From: Batkoa obscura
Taxonomy: Eukaryota
Reading direction: 5' to 3'
Length of the DNA: 39,795 bases
NCBI GenBank assembly: GCA_030770535.1
Contig: JASVEC010000156.1
Span: 1 to 39,795 of the forward strand
Within the stretch, counting starts at the first letter, position 1, and each line of letters begins with the position of its first letter. A model generated the notes under the pieces. That model was not told where the DNA came from, did not search any database, and worked only from the letters and a program-made list of their open reading frames with translations. The position numbers and the translations under genes were made by a program. Shown here one piece after another: positions 1 through 12,918 of the stretch.

Positions 1-600
1 TTACAAAGTTCATAATTTAGCCAGTAGCCTAAATTTTTGTTACGCTCATTATGCCAGTTGGAGACGACTGTGGCGCATCAACTGAATACTCTTTTTTTCT
101 TTGGTTCTTAACTTTAGTTTGTATTACATTATTTTTTTTGTTAAAGGAGTATTAAAGGAATACTAAAAACTAGTTTTAATAAATTAACTTATTTAATCTT
201 TTCAGTAGTAAATTTTACCTCCCCATTGAAATTCTTTTAACAGATTCTTTTCCATTGTTGATACTCGCCATGTTAATCTGAATAAAAAACAATTTTCTTT
301 ATGAATTATCCTTAATTAAAATCCTTATTATTTCTTCAGTGACGCTAGTTTGAGATCGAAAAGCCAATCATCTATTGAGTCCCATAATTTCTTAATATGG
401 TAATAAAGATTAATACCTAAAATTGATCTTTGTATTGAATTTGATGGGTAGCAAGATTTTATAATAAACAAGCTATTATCTACAAAAAATTTGTTTGTTT
501 TTAAAGTTCCTCCAACAAAACTTAAGTTACAAGTGGAACACTGTATTAAATTTTTGTAGCCATAATGAGTTTTCTTTCCTTACCTCTCGTTTTTTAGATA
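1..600 (-). pseudogene. Possible degenerate retroviral-type (Gypsy/Ginger-like) integrase relic
   Basis: Minus-strand translation with frameshifts gives THYGYKK...KFCWRNF (like the integrase Zn-binding H..G..K..FYW region), KLWDSIDD (like PW..I.D), SINNGKES (like SDNGxEF) and NERNK (like ER.N), in the expected order. Many stops; boundaries approximate. Confidence 0.35.
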
Positions 601-685
601 TTAATATTTCTGTAAGCTCTATTTTTAGAGAAATCAAACAATCAATTTTTTAAAAGTGTTAAAGTGGAACACTGTAATAAAATTT

Positions 686-784
686 GGGGCTGTTTTTTTT
701 TGGTTTTTCATTATTTTTCCATTTTTTAAGCACTATTTGATGTGGAAAGGTTTAGTAAAATTCTTAAACAAAAAAATACATCCC
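686..784 (-). mobile_element. ~98-bp MITE copy 1
   Basis: GGGGCTGTTTTTTTTTGGTTTTTCATT...AAATACATCCC; reverse complement of the family consensus. Flanks are ATTT/ATAT (imperfect TSD). Confidence 0.9.
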
Positions 785-999
785 ATATAGTTATTAATAG
801 GAGATTCCTGTTCTTTGAAAGTAATCCTTTGTTCATGTAATTAATAGATTCTTTGTTTTTTCTTGAAAAAGTAAAGAATTTATAGGGATACTTGATAAAC
901 TTAGTACTAGCGTTTTGGTCTAGTTTGTAGTTTAATAAAATTTAATAGTTGGGCTAATATTTTTTACTTTTAAAGGGAAAATGGATTTACAAAATCAGT

Positions 1000-2135
1000 A
1001 AGATATGATGGTGGATTCTAAAAACGTAACTTATTCAACCAACGTCAGCTAAGTTTAATGTAGTATTTTAATTGAATATTTGATTATAGAATTTCAATTA
1101 AATATAAAAATGACAAATTATAACCATTATAATCAAACATTTAACTTATTTAGGGAATATTTAAATTATCTTGAAATGTTCGAACGTCATGGGGAGATGA
1201 TACCAACTAACGATGTTATTGATTATTCAAATCCATAAAAATTAAAGTCACTTATATCAAATGTAAGTTCTAATATATGGGGATATATTTTTGTGTTCAA
1301 GAATTTTACTAACAAATTTTCCATTCAAATAACGCCTAAAAGATGGAAAAAGTGATGAAGTCAAAAAAAACACCCCATATCATTATATGGATTAAACATA
1401 ATCAAAATAAACTTTAAGGAGTTAGAATTATTAAAATTAGCTTCTGATCGCTTTGAGTGTAGGTCTACTTTTGAAGTTAGTCCAGGTATAAACTTTAATT
1501 CGGATTTAGAGTTAGAAATTAAAAGCGTTAGTTATAATGTAATATAAATTATTTTAGGGACTTGAGGCAAATAAAAAGCATCAAATTAGTGAGTGGTGTT
1601 GATTTTGAAATAAACGACAACAATCATGATAACATAAAATTAGTTGAAAATAGCAGCTTTATAACTTTAGGTTATTTAGATCCACATTACATGTTCAGTT
1701 TTGATTTTTTAAATTAGTGACTTGAAAGAAATTTATACAGTATATTTATCCAGGAAGGCATTAGATTATATCTGCTTATTTGCAAATATTGAAATGATCC
1801 ATTTTGCCAACCTACATTTTTATGAACCAACTGATGGTTTTGAGTTTGTCCATAGTATTTTTCATATAGAATATAAGTTCATTAAATTTAAAGCTATGAA
1901 AAAAACTTCAACTTTATAATTTTTAAGCAATAATTTAAAATTTTCTTTACTTCATATCTCTTTTTCTAAACCTTGGAATAATTAAAGTCAAAGATTTTAT
2001 AACATACCAAAATGTAGAATTCAACTTTAGGGTTACTACTCCTTTGTCACTTATCGAACCTTATTGGTATAATCATGAGACCATGCTTGATATTTTACTG
2101 GAGTACATTTCATTATTAAACTGTGTAAAATTGGT
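1000..2135 (+). pseudogene. F-box-like/LRR-like family paralog A (decayed, MITE-interrupted)
   Basis: Fragments DYSNP*KLKSL, GLNIIKINFKELELLKL, LKEIYTVYLS (ORF 1722-1919) and EYISLLNCVKL align with the 2443-3892 protein. Multiple stops and frameshifts; ends approximate. Confidence 0.8.
1279..1376 (+). mobile_element. ~98-bp MITE copy 2
   Basis: ATAT-GGGGATATATTTTTGTGTTCAAGAATTTTACTAAC...TGAAGTCAAAAAAAACACCCC-ATAT; 4-bp TSD ATAT. Confidence 0.92.
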
Positions 2136-2442
2136 TCCCTTGTCTATCTCCTGACTTCCATAATTTATATAGCAATATGTGTTAAATGTGTATCTTAGAA
2201 GCTAATAAGTTAAGTAAAAGAATGAAACACTGATTATAAGGAAAGCTCATTTATTTATTATTATCAATAACATACAGTTTCTTTAGTAATAATTATGATT
2301 ATTCTGAAAACAGTTTTCGGATTTATTTTTAATGATATTCTAATTACGCAGTAGTGTTCTGGTTGACATCAATTTAATTCGACTTTAAATTGAATTAAAA
2401 ACCGAACTTTAGTTCTTTTTTAATTTATATTTAATTTCACAA

Positions 2443-3892
2443 ATGACATTTAAATTCGAACAATTGACTGATTTATTGCTAGAAGATATATTTAAGTTGT
2501 TACACCCAGAAGAAGCGATTGAGCTGTGCTTCTTAAGCAAAGATTTATTTAGTATAGTAAGTAGAGTAATCAGGTATAACTCAACTTACTCATTATATAA
2601 TCAAAGGGGCTGTAGTAAATATTGGAGCTATCAAGAGAAATTCATTATGGAGAATGGAGAATTGATGAAGCATATAAACATAAAAAGCGAAAATATTGAA
2701 TATTTAAATTATTGTTCGAATATAAAGTCTATACATTATTTAGATAGACCTGATTACAATAGCGAGGATGACAGAGATAATAGTAATAGCGGTGCTATTA
2801 GCTATAATGATAATATTGGTAGCAACAACAATGATAGCAACAATACTACTGATGACATAGGTAACAATGGTGATGACATTAGTGATCGTAATAGCAAACA
2901 TAATGATAATCTCAAATTAAATGCTAAGATGCCAAAATTAAAAAAGATAAGTATAGATACTAACAAGAATGGAAAGCCATTAAATTTATTTGGTGAATAT
3001 TTAAGTCAACTTGAAATATTTGAATATACTGGATTTATCAGATCAATCGAAACAATTATTAAACATTTAAATCCAGATAAATTAAAGCTACTTACACTGG
3101 ACATAAAGGGTATCTTAATACTCGATGGGCTAGATATAATTAAAGCAGAGTTCAATAAATTAATAGCATTAAAATTGCATGTTTTTTGGCTCTATTAGCC
3201 CCTTATATGATACTAACCATATACCTGAATTCAATTCCAATTTAGAATTAGAAATTGTTAATAATATGTTTCGTTTTAGTATTGATTACTTTCGAGATTT
3301 AAGACAGCTAAAGAGCGTAAAATTAGTTGATTATTCTACTTTTAACTTAAATATAGTCGATAACTATTGTGATTGTTTGAAATCATTTAAGAGTAGCAAT
3401 ATCATTGCTTTAGGCTGCTTTAACCCAGAAAAAGCAATCACTTATGATTTTTTGAAATTATCAACATTGAAAGAAGTCTACTTTAAATACATATCAAAAG
3501 GGTTATTAAGCTCAATTTCTTTACTACCAAATATTCAAACCATTTACTTTTCTAATTTACATATTTATAGTGGAATATTTGACTACGCCGCATTTAGTAA
3601 GGATAACTTTTATAAAAACGGCTATGATTTAATCAAGTGTAAATTTATAAAGCAGATTCATATCCGTGACTATTATGTTACAATTGAAGAGTTTCTTTAT
3701 CTTATATCTCTATTCCCAAATCTTGAAGTAGTTAAAGGCACAAATTTTTTATTAGAGCAAATTGAAGTGTTAGATTATAAATATATCAAATTTACTCCTT
3801 TATTGCTTATTAAGTCTTTTGACACTTACGATAAAGATGCCATTGATGAGTTATTAAAATACATTCCATTGTTACTTTGGATTAAATTATAA
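2443..3892 (+). CDS. F-box-like N-terminus plus LRR-like protein, paralog B; single +1 frameshift in a T6 run at 3182-3187
   Basis: N-terminus FEQLTDLLLEDIFKLLHPEEAIELCFLSKDLFSIV fits F-box spacing. Repeated LxxLxL-type units follow (PKLKKISID, QLKSVKL, PNIQTIYF, PNLEVVK). Removing one T from GTTTTTTGGC joins ORFs 2443-3198 and 3179-3892 (KLHVFGSISPLY). Confidence 0.8.
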
Positions 3893-4364
3893 TAAATTAG
3901 TTATATCTGGTTGTATTTTAGTATTTTTGTTATCAGATTACATTATTTGCTAATTGACAGTTTTTATATGTATGAAAATTGTATCATGATTGAACGCATA
4001 ACCTTAATAATCTATATTATAGCTTAAATTAGTGCTTAATAACAGCTAAATATTTTCATTATGGTCGACTCTTAAATGTTGCATTTCATCATCTCTGGTA
4101 ATGCCTATACAGCTCAATTTATGCATTGAATGACTAATCTTAATACAGAATATTTAGTATCCTTTGTATAGAAACAATACAATGTATTCTTCAAAAAGGT
4201 ATTTCTCTAAATACTTCTACACTGCTTGATCAGTGTTGATCAAGAGTAGTAGGGTGTCCATTTTAACTACTAATTTTTGTAAAAGTTGCTTCCTTCTATA
4301 GTTAAAAAAGGCACAATTGAAAAACAATCAAGGAGCTTGAAAAGCTTAAAAGTAGTTATTATAT

Positions 4365-4459
4365 GCCAATGTATTTTTGTGTTTAAGAATTTGACTAATA
4401 AACCTTCTATACAATAGCGCTTAAAAGATGGAAAAAGTGATGAAACTAAAAAACATCTC
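4365..4459 (+). mobile_element. ~98-bp MITE copy 3 (degenerate termini)
   Basis: ATGTATTTTTGTGTTTAAGAATTTGACTAAT...AATAGCGCTTAAAAGATGGAAAAAGTGATGAAACTAAAAAACATCTC matches the family. Confidence 0.85.
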
Positions 4460-4460
4460 G

Positions 4461-5492
4461 CTTTGCTAAGTAAATAATTTATTAAACACTAATGCTATTT
4501 AAATCATTAATAACTAAGTTAATAAACAGTTGAAAAGCAAGTATTTATAGCAAGTAAAAACTATCATATATTACTTATATTATATAAAAATAATTAATTA
4601 TAGTTTTGAAGTGTGAAATATCACTTTGTCAGTTCCATGGTTAATTATAATACAACAATCACTCAAATTGTTGTGTTCTCGAGTTTAGAGGCAATCAATC
4701 CCATGCTCTTATTTTGATTTGTTGTAAGAATTTCTAGCTTCATTCCAAAAAATATTATCCCTCATTTTGATATCCATACTAGTCAGAGTATAAAAGAGAT
4801 CTTAGAACATAGTAATTCGAGATTTTTTAACCGAGTTATTCCCTGATATCTCGTACACTTAATAAAGCCACTAAGTTTTCTTAATAGTATTTTACATAAG
4901 TTCTACAGTAGTGTTCTCTATTCTATTTGTCTTACATAGTCTGTAGCCTATTACGTGCTATTCTCCACAATTCAAGTCTATCTTAGTCATATAAACTAAG
5001 ACCTTTCGACTTACAGTGTAGTCGACTGGGCAATAACTGTTTTTGACTCCAATCACTAAGTACCAGATTTCACAGAAACTAACCACTCTCTTATATACAG
5101 CTATTTATTAACTTATTAATATACTAACAATATAACTATAATATTAAAATAACTTATTTATCTAATAGCAAGTTTAAAATGTTGGCTATAAAGCAGTTAA
5201 TAATAAATATTTCTTAATGAAGTTTTATAAAAAAACGTGTTTATTTACATGTAACTTTGATTAATATGAATATATAAGCTATAATAGTAAATTTCTTGTT
5301 AGTCTGGCTATTTTTGTTAAATTTAATAAAAATTCTGTTAACTTACAATATAAATTATTTTAAAATAATTTAAAATAGCGTCGAATATTTTTGCCTTTTA
5401 ATAAAGAATTTATTTTTATAAAATTTCAAGATATTTTAAAATACAAAATGTTTAAAAATTGAATAAAGAAATGAAACTAATTACAACACCTC
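4461..5492 (+). mobile_element. Older right-end fragment of the Sola-like transposon, interrupted by the 4612-5074 element
   Basis: About 4470-4611 and 5075-5492 align with about 27185-27666 (e.g. AAAATGTTGGCTATAAAGCAGTTAATAATAAATATTTCT vs AAAATGTTGGTTATAAAGCAGTTGATAATAAATATTTCT). It ends in a decayed TIR, ATGAAACTAATTACAACACCTC. Confidence 0.85.
4612..5074. mobile_element. 463-bp TGTGAAAT...ATTTCACA element (probable solo LTR), copy 1
   Basis: 8-bp terminal inverted repeat with TG...CA ends; flanks GAAG/GAAA (near-perfect 4-bp TSD); inverted homolog at 20703-21102. Confidence 0.85.
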
Positions 5493-6145
5493 TGTATACT
5501 ACTTAAGTTAGCTGTTGCATTTTTTTATCAAGTATCTAAAAAACTGTATACATTTACTTATTAAAATACTTTCATAAAATAATTTAAAAGAATCAAAAAC
5601 ATTAGTGAATATTGAGCAAAATATTGCAAAATATTTTTTAAGTTTCTAAATAGAAATCAATAAAAAAAATTCCCCTTATAGACACGTTTTTTATTAGAGA
5701 ATTTAGCTAACAAATTTTCCGATATTTTCATTATATAAAAATGAACAATCAAACAAAACTTTAAAAGACTTCCCCATGTTTATAAATTAAACATTTACTC
5801 CATAAATTAAATATTCATTGAAATTCATCCATATTCAATTAATTCATCTTATCCAACCTACACTTTTAACTAAACCAATAAGCCTAAACAATAGTTTAAA
5901 GTTTAAAGTCCAAAATTCAACCAAATTAATTAAAAAGATGAATATTTGAACCAATCAATGGAATTTTGACTTCTCGTACCAACTTTTTAATAACCAATGA
6001 AATGAACTAGATTTAAATTATGATAATTACTAAATATCTTAAATAGTGGCAACAGTTACAACGTTTTAATTGATAGCATAAACACTGCAGAATTCAAATT
6101 CACCTATTTTTATAAAAAATTATTCAATAGTTACAGTAATTTGCT

Positions 6146-7184
6146 ATGGTAGAACAAGGGCAATATGAGCTTGAAGGTGGAGCTTCAGAAGACAAAAGGA
6201 TACCTAACGAAGTATTATTAAATTGGGAAGGAATCAAAAATCATAATTTAAAATCGGGATTACCAACTTTAGAGCAATTATTTTCAGATAAAGCTTATCC
6301 ACCATTAACAAAGCAAAATTTTATTACTTTTATACAAGAGAGAAGTGATTATGGTACATTGTTATTAATTTTTTATCAAGCAGTTCTTGATTTTGAAACT
6401 CAATGTATTAATATGGAACAAAGCTATCCACCAGCTACTTTAGATGAAAGTCAATTAATTAATGCAACAGTACCTTTCAGTAATCGACCATTAATAATAA
6501 CTTCTGGTATGTCGATGGAGCAACAAGAAACAGTATTAAATTTAAAACAAAAAAGTGAGGAAATTATCTTTGATTTTTTAAATCCAGATAGTAATCGAAG
6601 TATTGGTGTACCAAAACAATTTTTTTTAACAGCAAAAGAAAGCTTAAATTCTAACGATATACCATGGACAAAAATATTTTCTTTAAGTAAACAATTCGCT
6701 TTCAACAAGTTAAATGGCAATTTTTATACTAGATTTATTGATTTTTGTTTTAATTCAAATTTAACTACATCAAGTTCAAAATTATGTCTATTAGTGGGAT
6801 TATTGTTATTATTATTTGGTTTTACTTTTGCACTCACTTTGATATTCTTGGATTTAAGACCCAGCGCTTTAAGATTAGTATTAATACCTTTTGTATTAAT
6901 TGGTTTAATCTTTCTCTTTTCAACCTATTTTAATTTTTTTCCAATACTTGGTATAATGGGTAAAAGGTAAATTTGGATTATAAGTAGAATTAACAAAAAA
7001 ATTGATTTTATAATTTAGAGAGATTGCTTTTTTTGTAATAGAACGTATTGAAGATATTAATATTAAAAAAGCTCATTTCAAAAAAGGAGTGATTCATCTA
7101 TTGATTTCCTTTGGTCTCACAATGGTTTTATCACTTATCTTTGTTTTAGTACCCGGTAACCATCTTATGAGATCCGTGAAATAA
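6146..7184 (+). CDS. RAX1: Rax1-like bud-site/polarity protein (RGS-like domain plus three C-terminal TM helices)
   Basis: LPTLEQLF...PPLT..NF..F RGS-like start. Exons 6146-6966 and 7019-7184 (GT-AG intron); the spliced C-terminus ends LIFVLVPGNHLMRSVK*, typical of Rax1. Confidence 0.8.
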
Positions 7185-7560
7185 GTATGAACAAGGCTTT
7201 GGATTTGCTAGATAGATAGTTGTAAATGAAATTCATTCTTTTAATAGATGATAAACAAAAATTGTAGGGATCTTGTAACAAATTATTTCAACTTGATAAG
7301 TGGTGAAATATGTTATTGAGATTCCATTGACTTTAAAGATATCGAAAATAGATATAAAGCTTAATTTAACTTACTCTTTTAACTAATAATAATTCTATAA
7401 TTCAATAATAATAAATTTTTAAGAGAAATTAATATTTGAATATTAGTATGATTTTTAACTTTATTTAATTGGTAGATATGAAACCACTAAGTAATTAACT
7501 AATAGAAAGATTGATTGAAAGTTAGTGTAATTGTAGTCACCCAACTTTTGTTAAAAAAAC

Positions 7561-9437
7561 ATGAGTTTAGAACACAATGAGAGTAAATAATACAGATGAT
7601 AATAAAATATAAATAATAATATCCGACTTTATAATAGATCCAAGCAGCTTGATAGATATTAGAGATGGAGAAAAACAAGTGGAGATAATCCAATTAATTT
7701 TACAATATTTGGATGATTTAGGGTTTCAAAATAGTAAATTAGTATTAGCGGACGAAGCGTCAAGTTATTTGAAAGAAAAGGAAATTAAACAAGTTGATAT
7801 TGAGCGAATGAAAGGATTAATTGTTGATGGGGAATGGTTAGAAGTTGAAAAATTATTACAAAAACCAGTTTTGAAGTTAAGTATTATAAATAAAAGTTTA
7901 CATTACCAAATTTATAAACAACAATACTTGGAATTAATTGAATTACATGAAACTCAAAAAGCGTTTAACTTACTAAATAAGAGATTAAAACCATTGGAAA
8001 CACAACATGTTATTAATCAACAAGAATTTAAAGATTTATGTTATCTGCTAACTTGTAATTCAGTTCAAGAACACTTAAATTTTAAATCTTGGTTAGGTAT
8101 TAGTAAAGAAAGAGAAAATTTATGTTTATCTATCAATAATTTATTAAATTTAGAACATTTTGAAAAAAATGAAAGTCAGTTATTACCGACTTTACCACCG
8201 AATCGATTATTAACTTTATTAAATCAGGCCGTTCATTACCAAGTTAATAAATATGAACATTTAAAAAATAAGTCACAAAACAATCAAATTGATTCTTTAT
8301 TTATGGATTATGAACCTATACCAATACCTAATAAAATCAAACACATATTAAAGGGTCATCATAAAAATGTTAAAAGTATTTGTAATTTTAATAATACTAA
8401 CTTGGTTGCTTCAGCTGGTTCAGATACTAAGATACTAATTTGGAACTTAAATAATGACAATGAAGTAATACATCCTACTGCTTATTTAGAAGGTCATCAA
8501 GCTAGAATTTGGGAATTAAGTAATAATAATGAAGGACATCTATTAGCTTCTGCATCTGCAGATAAAACAGTTAAATTGTGGTGTTTTAATGAAAACTTAT
8601 TGGAGAATAATGGAGATATCAATGTCAACAATAAGATAAACAATATAACAGCAACGAACTCTCAAGAATATGCTAATAATCATAATATTTATGATTTGAA
8701 ATTAAATACCCATTCGAATTATAATAGTATGAGTTGTATTAAAACATACTCAATGCATAGTCATGATGTTTACACAGTGAAATTCCATCCTAATAAAAAG
8801 TATCATTTAGCTTCAGCAGGTTATGATAAAAAAATTCAACTATTTGATATTAACAGAGAAAATTCATCTATTAAGCAATTTAATGGACATCAATTAGCTG
8901 TTACATCAATTACTTTTAATCCAAATGGGAATCTATTAATTAGTGGGTAAGCTTATTTATTTTTATTACTATTGGATAATATAATGTATTTACTTTTTAT
9001 CTTATAGTTCCAAAGATTGTAGTGTTAAATTATATGATATCAGTAGCGGTTTGAATATTAAAACTCTTGGTCATCATTTAGGTGAATTGACTTCAGTGCA
9101 AAGTGACAATAGTGGCTTATACCTTCTCACGAGTAGTAAAGATAACAATCATCGTTTATGGGATATGAGGATGTTAAACAAACCCAAAATAAAATTCAAA
9201 GGTCATCAAAATACATCGAAACATTTTATTAAAGCACGATTTATTGGAAATCAATTTATTGCTTCAGGCTCTGAAAATTCCAATTATTTTATTTGGGATC
9301 GATTTAATGGTAATATTGTTAATGAATTAAATGTACCTAATTTAAATGGGACAGTATATGATGCGGCTTATAATACATTAAATGATTCATTGGTTGTATG
9401 CTCGGATTCAAATGATTTGGTCGTATGGGGTTATTAA
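7561..9437 (+). CDS. LisH-CTLH-CRA plus WD40-repeat protein (SMU1/WDR26/TOPLESS-like architecture)
   Basis: Exons 7561-7582, 7638-8946 and 9008-9437 splice in frame. LisH motif IIQLILQYLDDLGF, CTLH, PPNRLLTLLNQAVHYQ, and about seven GH...WD-type repeats. Confidence 0.9.
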
Positions 9438-9601
9438 TCTTTTTTTATTGAAATGAGTTAATCGTAAGAGATTATTAATTTTTGTTTATTGTTAATAATA
9501 AATTTAAATAAAATAAATAATAAATATAATATATTGACTTCTTTCTTTTATTTGATTGAAAAGAAATAACCGACAAACGCGTGTTTAGATAGAAACTGGA
9601 T

Positions 9602-12600
9602 TTAATTTTTTATTTTGGATTTAATAGCTATAGTAATAAATATATTAATGACTTTATAATAAATATAATAAAGCTAATAAATTACCTAAAGAAACTTTAT
9701 CGCCTGTTGAAATTAAAAATTAAAAAATTAATAAACACAATAAACAATTAGAATAAAAAAAATTACCTAAAGCTAAAGCCAACCCTTGAGCTTTAGAACG
9801 AATACGAATATGACCTTGAATCGAATTTTCCTTTCTTTCCACGGATAAATTAGCCAATGCATCTTCTCCAAAAATAGTTTTAGCATATAAATTGGTGGAT
9901 AAAAAGTAACAATCTTCTTCTTCTAAATCTTTAATATTGGATAAAGGTTTCATATTGGTAGCTTGGCAAATTAAACTTAAGAAAGATTTTAAATCATCAG
10001 ATACAGTATGATTTAAATTCACTTTGTTTTCCCACTCAAATTCTGTCCACATAGATCTAAATTGATGTAAATTACATTCTGATGAATAAATATAATCCAT
10101 AATATCAATATGTAAATCATTTAATAATATACTACTACTTCCTTCATTACTAGATTTTGGTAAATCGTAATTTAAGTTTCCAAATATAACTCCAGTTTCG
10201 GTAGATGCTACTTTAATTGAAGCTCGAGTATTATAAAATTGATTTGCTGCTAATGTTGTACTGGTTGGTTTTTCAACTAATTTTAAATCACCTAAAGTAG
10301 CAAATTCTAGACTAACATTTTGTAATGTTTCATCCGTCATATTTACCATTAATATATCTAATAATATATCAAATTGATGAACTTCAATTACAGCTTCACA
10401 ATAAATAGCATCTGAAAATCCAGATAGTGAAATTATACGATCTAATTTAGTTACGTAACTTTCTTTAGCCTCTAATTCACCTGTAGCTTTAGTTAAATCC
10501 AATTCATATTCATTATTATTATTTAATGAATTCTTGTTTTCAAAAAATCGAAAAGTCACTTTATCATCTACTTCGATTTTATTCTTTTTCTTTTGTTGAT
10601 CTTTATTTTCACTAACTTTTTCTTTTTGTAAATTTAACAAGTTTTTGTATGCTTTTTGACTATCTTCAGAATAAGCCAGTTGTAATTCTGGGTAACTATT
10701 AAAGCCACTTAACATTTTTAAGTTTTCTAATACACGATCATAATTATCATTATCAATTGGTGAGATAGTAAATTGGGATTGTCCAAGTCTTAATATACTA
10801 GTCATAATTAACATAGCCTCCGCATGATATGAATTTAATTGTTGACTATCAATAGATAATTCTTTCATTCTCAATACTAATTTGGTAAGTGTAGAAGATA
10901 ATACAGATGCTACAAAATAATCCCCACGTATCAATAAACTACGAATAGGTGGTCTTGGTGCTGATTTTAAAGCTTCTAAGTTGTTACTATTTGACGTAAA
11001 TGTACTTTCTGTAGCATAAGTACCATCAGCATTGACACGTCTAGATGATGACTGATAAGTTTGAGCGGTCTCAGGTTCATTACTACTTTGATCTTGTAAC
11101 TTTTCAAGTTTTAACTAAGTGGAATTACTTAATAAAATACTATTTTAATTTTATTATTTACCTGTTCTGAAGAAATAATTGGAATTTCGCCTAAACTCTC
11201 ACGAATTTTTTGCCATGCAGATTCAATTACTTTGAATAAAAAACTTAATATACAATTTTATTTTACAAATTCCATTATTGAAATTACCTTCCCTTTCAGT
11301 AGAATATTCACCAATAACCCAAAGAGCACCACGTAAAGCTCTTGAAGTTTTAATATCTAAAAAGGAAGCTAATAAATTGGGTAAAATATTTGCTCTTAGT
11401 TCAGGGAATCTTTCTGCTACTTCTCTATTTAAATTAATTAATACTAGAAAATACGTTGAGTATATGATAATATGTATAATTACCTAATAAAAGAAATAAC
11501 ATCAACAGCAGCATTATTATTGTTTTCTGATAAAAATTCGATTAGAACGTTAATGACTTTAGAAGCCACTTCAGGAAATTGGATAGCACAAGTATGAATT
11601 GATTTAATCAATAATTCACGATATTCACTATTCTAGAAAATAAAAGATAAAAAACATCAATTTTGATCTCTCGACAATAACATAGTTAATGCTACCTTTT
11701 CATATTGTTGATCATGGGTACGTGACAATTCTTTTTGTAAAAAATGAATAATCTCATCCACATTACGTTTATTAATCAATGAATTAGCGATCATTAATAC
11801 TTTAGAACGTACATCAATATCTGGGCTGGAAGTTACAATTCTTAATAAATCCATAGCTAATTCAGAAAATAATCCAAAATTCTTTTTAGATAAAGATTCA
11901 AAACGATCTAATACAATTAATTTAACATTGTTATCAGATTCTTTTAGGCCTAACTCTAAGAAGCAAGCACCAGAAGCTATTAAATTTAATTATTAATTGT
12001 TGGTTGAAATTAACTAAATGGTGAGTATTACCTTTAATAGCTACAGTGTTAGATGATAATAAAGGAAGAGATGTAGCAGCTTCATACTTAACGGAAGGTG
12101 AGGTAGCACTCAATAATTCAACAACAGTTTGAATATATCTAGCCTAAAAAATAAAACCAATCAAACTGACCTTTCATAAAAGCAAAATTACAACTTACTT
12201 TTTCACCTACATTATCAATGGCATCTTTACGAATATGCTCTAAGATAGCTAATTGAAGTAACTCATCAAATGAGATAATTTGTTCATAATTTTGCTTAAT
12301 GAATTGGGTAGCTAATTGAGGAGCAGTGTTACTTAACATAATAAAAGCATTACGTTTACAAGTAGCATCAGGTTCGGCTATAAGGAAAGATTGTAATAAT
12401 TCTGGAGCATCAGGTAATAAATTGGGATGAATTTTATAAATGGAATGAATGGCATTAATGGCATTTTTTCTAACATAAGATAAACGATGTTCTAAACATG
12501 CTCTACAAGAGGGTATCAATGGTTCTAATAATTCCACTTGTTGTAATTTACTTAAAAAGCGTAATGTTGCTCCACGAATGAATTCGTTGGGATGTTGTAA

Positions 12601-12918
12601 ATCGTTACGAATGGCATTACATACTAAGATCATTTCTTGTTTTAACTTACCTTCATTATCAAACTTTGGGCATACTTCCCAGTAAAAATGTAATATTTTT
12701 TTTAATACTTTGTTTTTAGTAGGCATAACAAAGCGGATAATATGCATTAAGAGATCCTCACAATTATCTCCATTTAGAATGAGATTGATAATTGACTTTA
12801 AACTGGATATCTTTTCACTATCACGTCCTTTTTCTAAACTCTTTTTAAGTTCATTATGGCTAGGTTCATTCCCTTCTTCCATAGAACTTAGTATAGTATA
12901 TACTGGTTCGTGGCTCAT
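9602..12918 (-). CDS. SEC26: Coatomer subunit beta (COPB1/Sec26), multi-exon
   Basis: EMILVCNAIRNDLQHPNEFIRGATLRFL, FRSMWTEFEWENKV and GHIRIRSKAQGLALALG motifs. The 3' end uses an 18-nt exon (9686-9703) and a last exon (9602-9627), giving GDKVSLAIKSKIKN*. Confidence 0.97.

Noticed and set aside
531..685. Direct repeat AGTGGAACACTGTA at about 531 and 663
   Set aside because: Only two short copies inside a decayed region; no function can be supported.
6451..7693. Minus-strand ORFs 6451-6720 and 7499-7693
   Set aside because: Antisense shadows of RAX1 and of the WD40 gene's first exon and intron.
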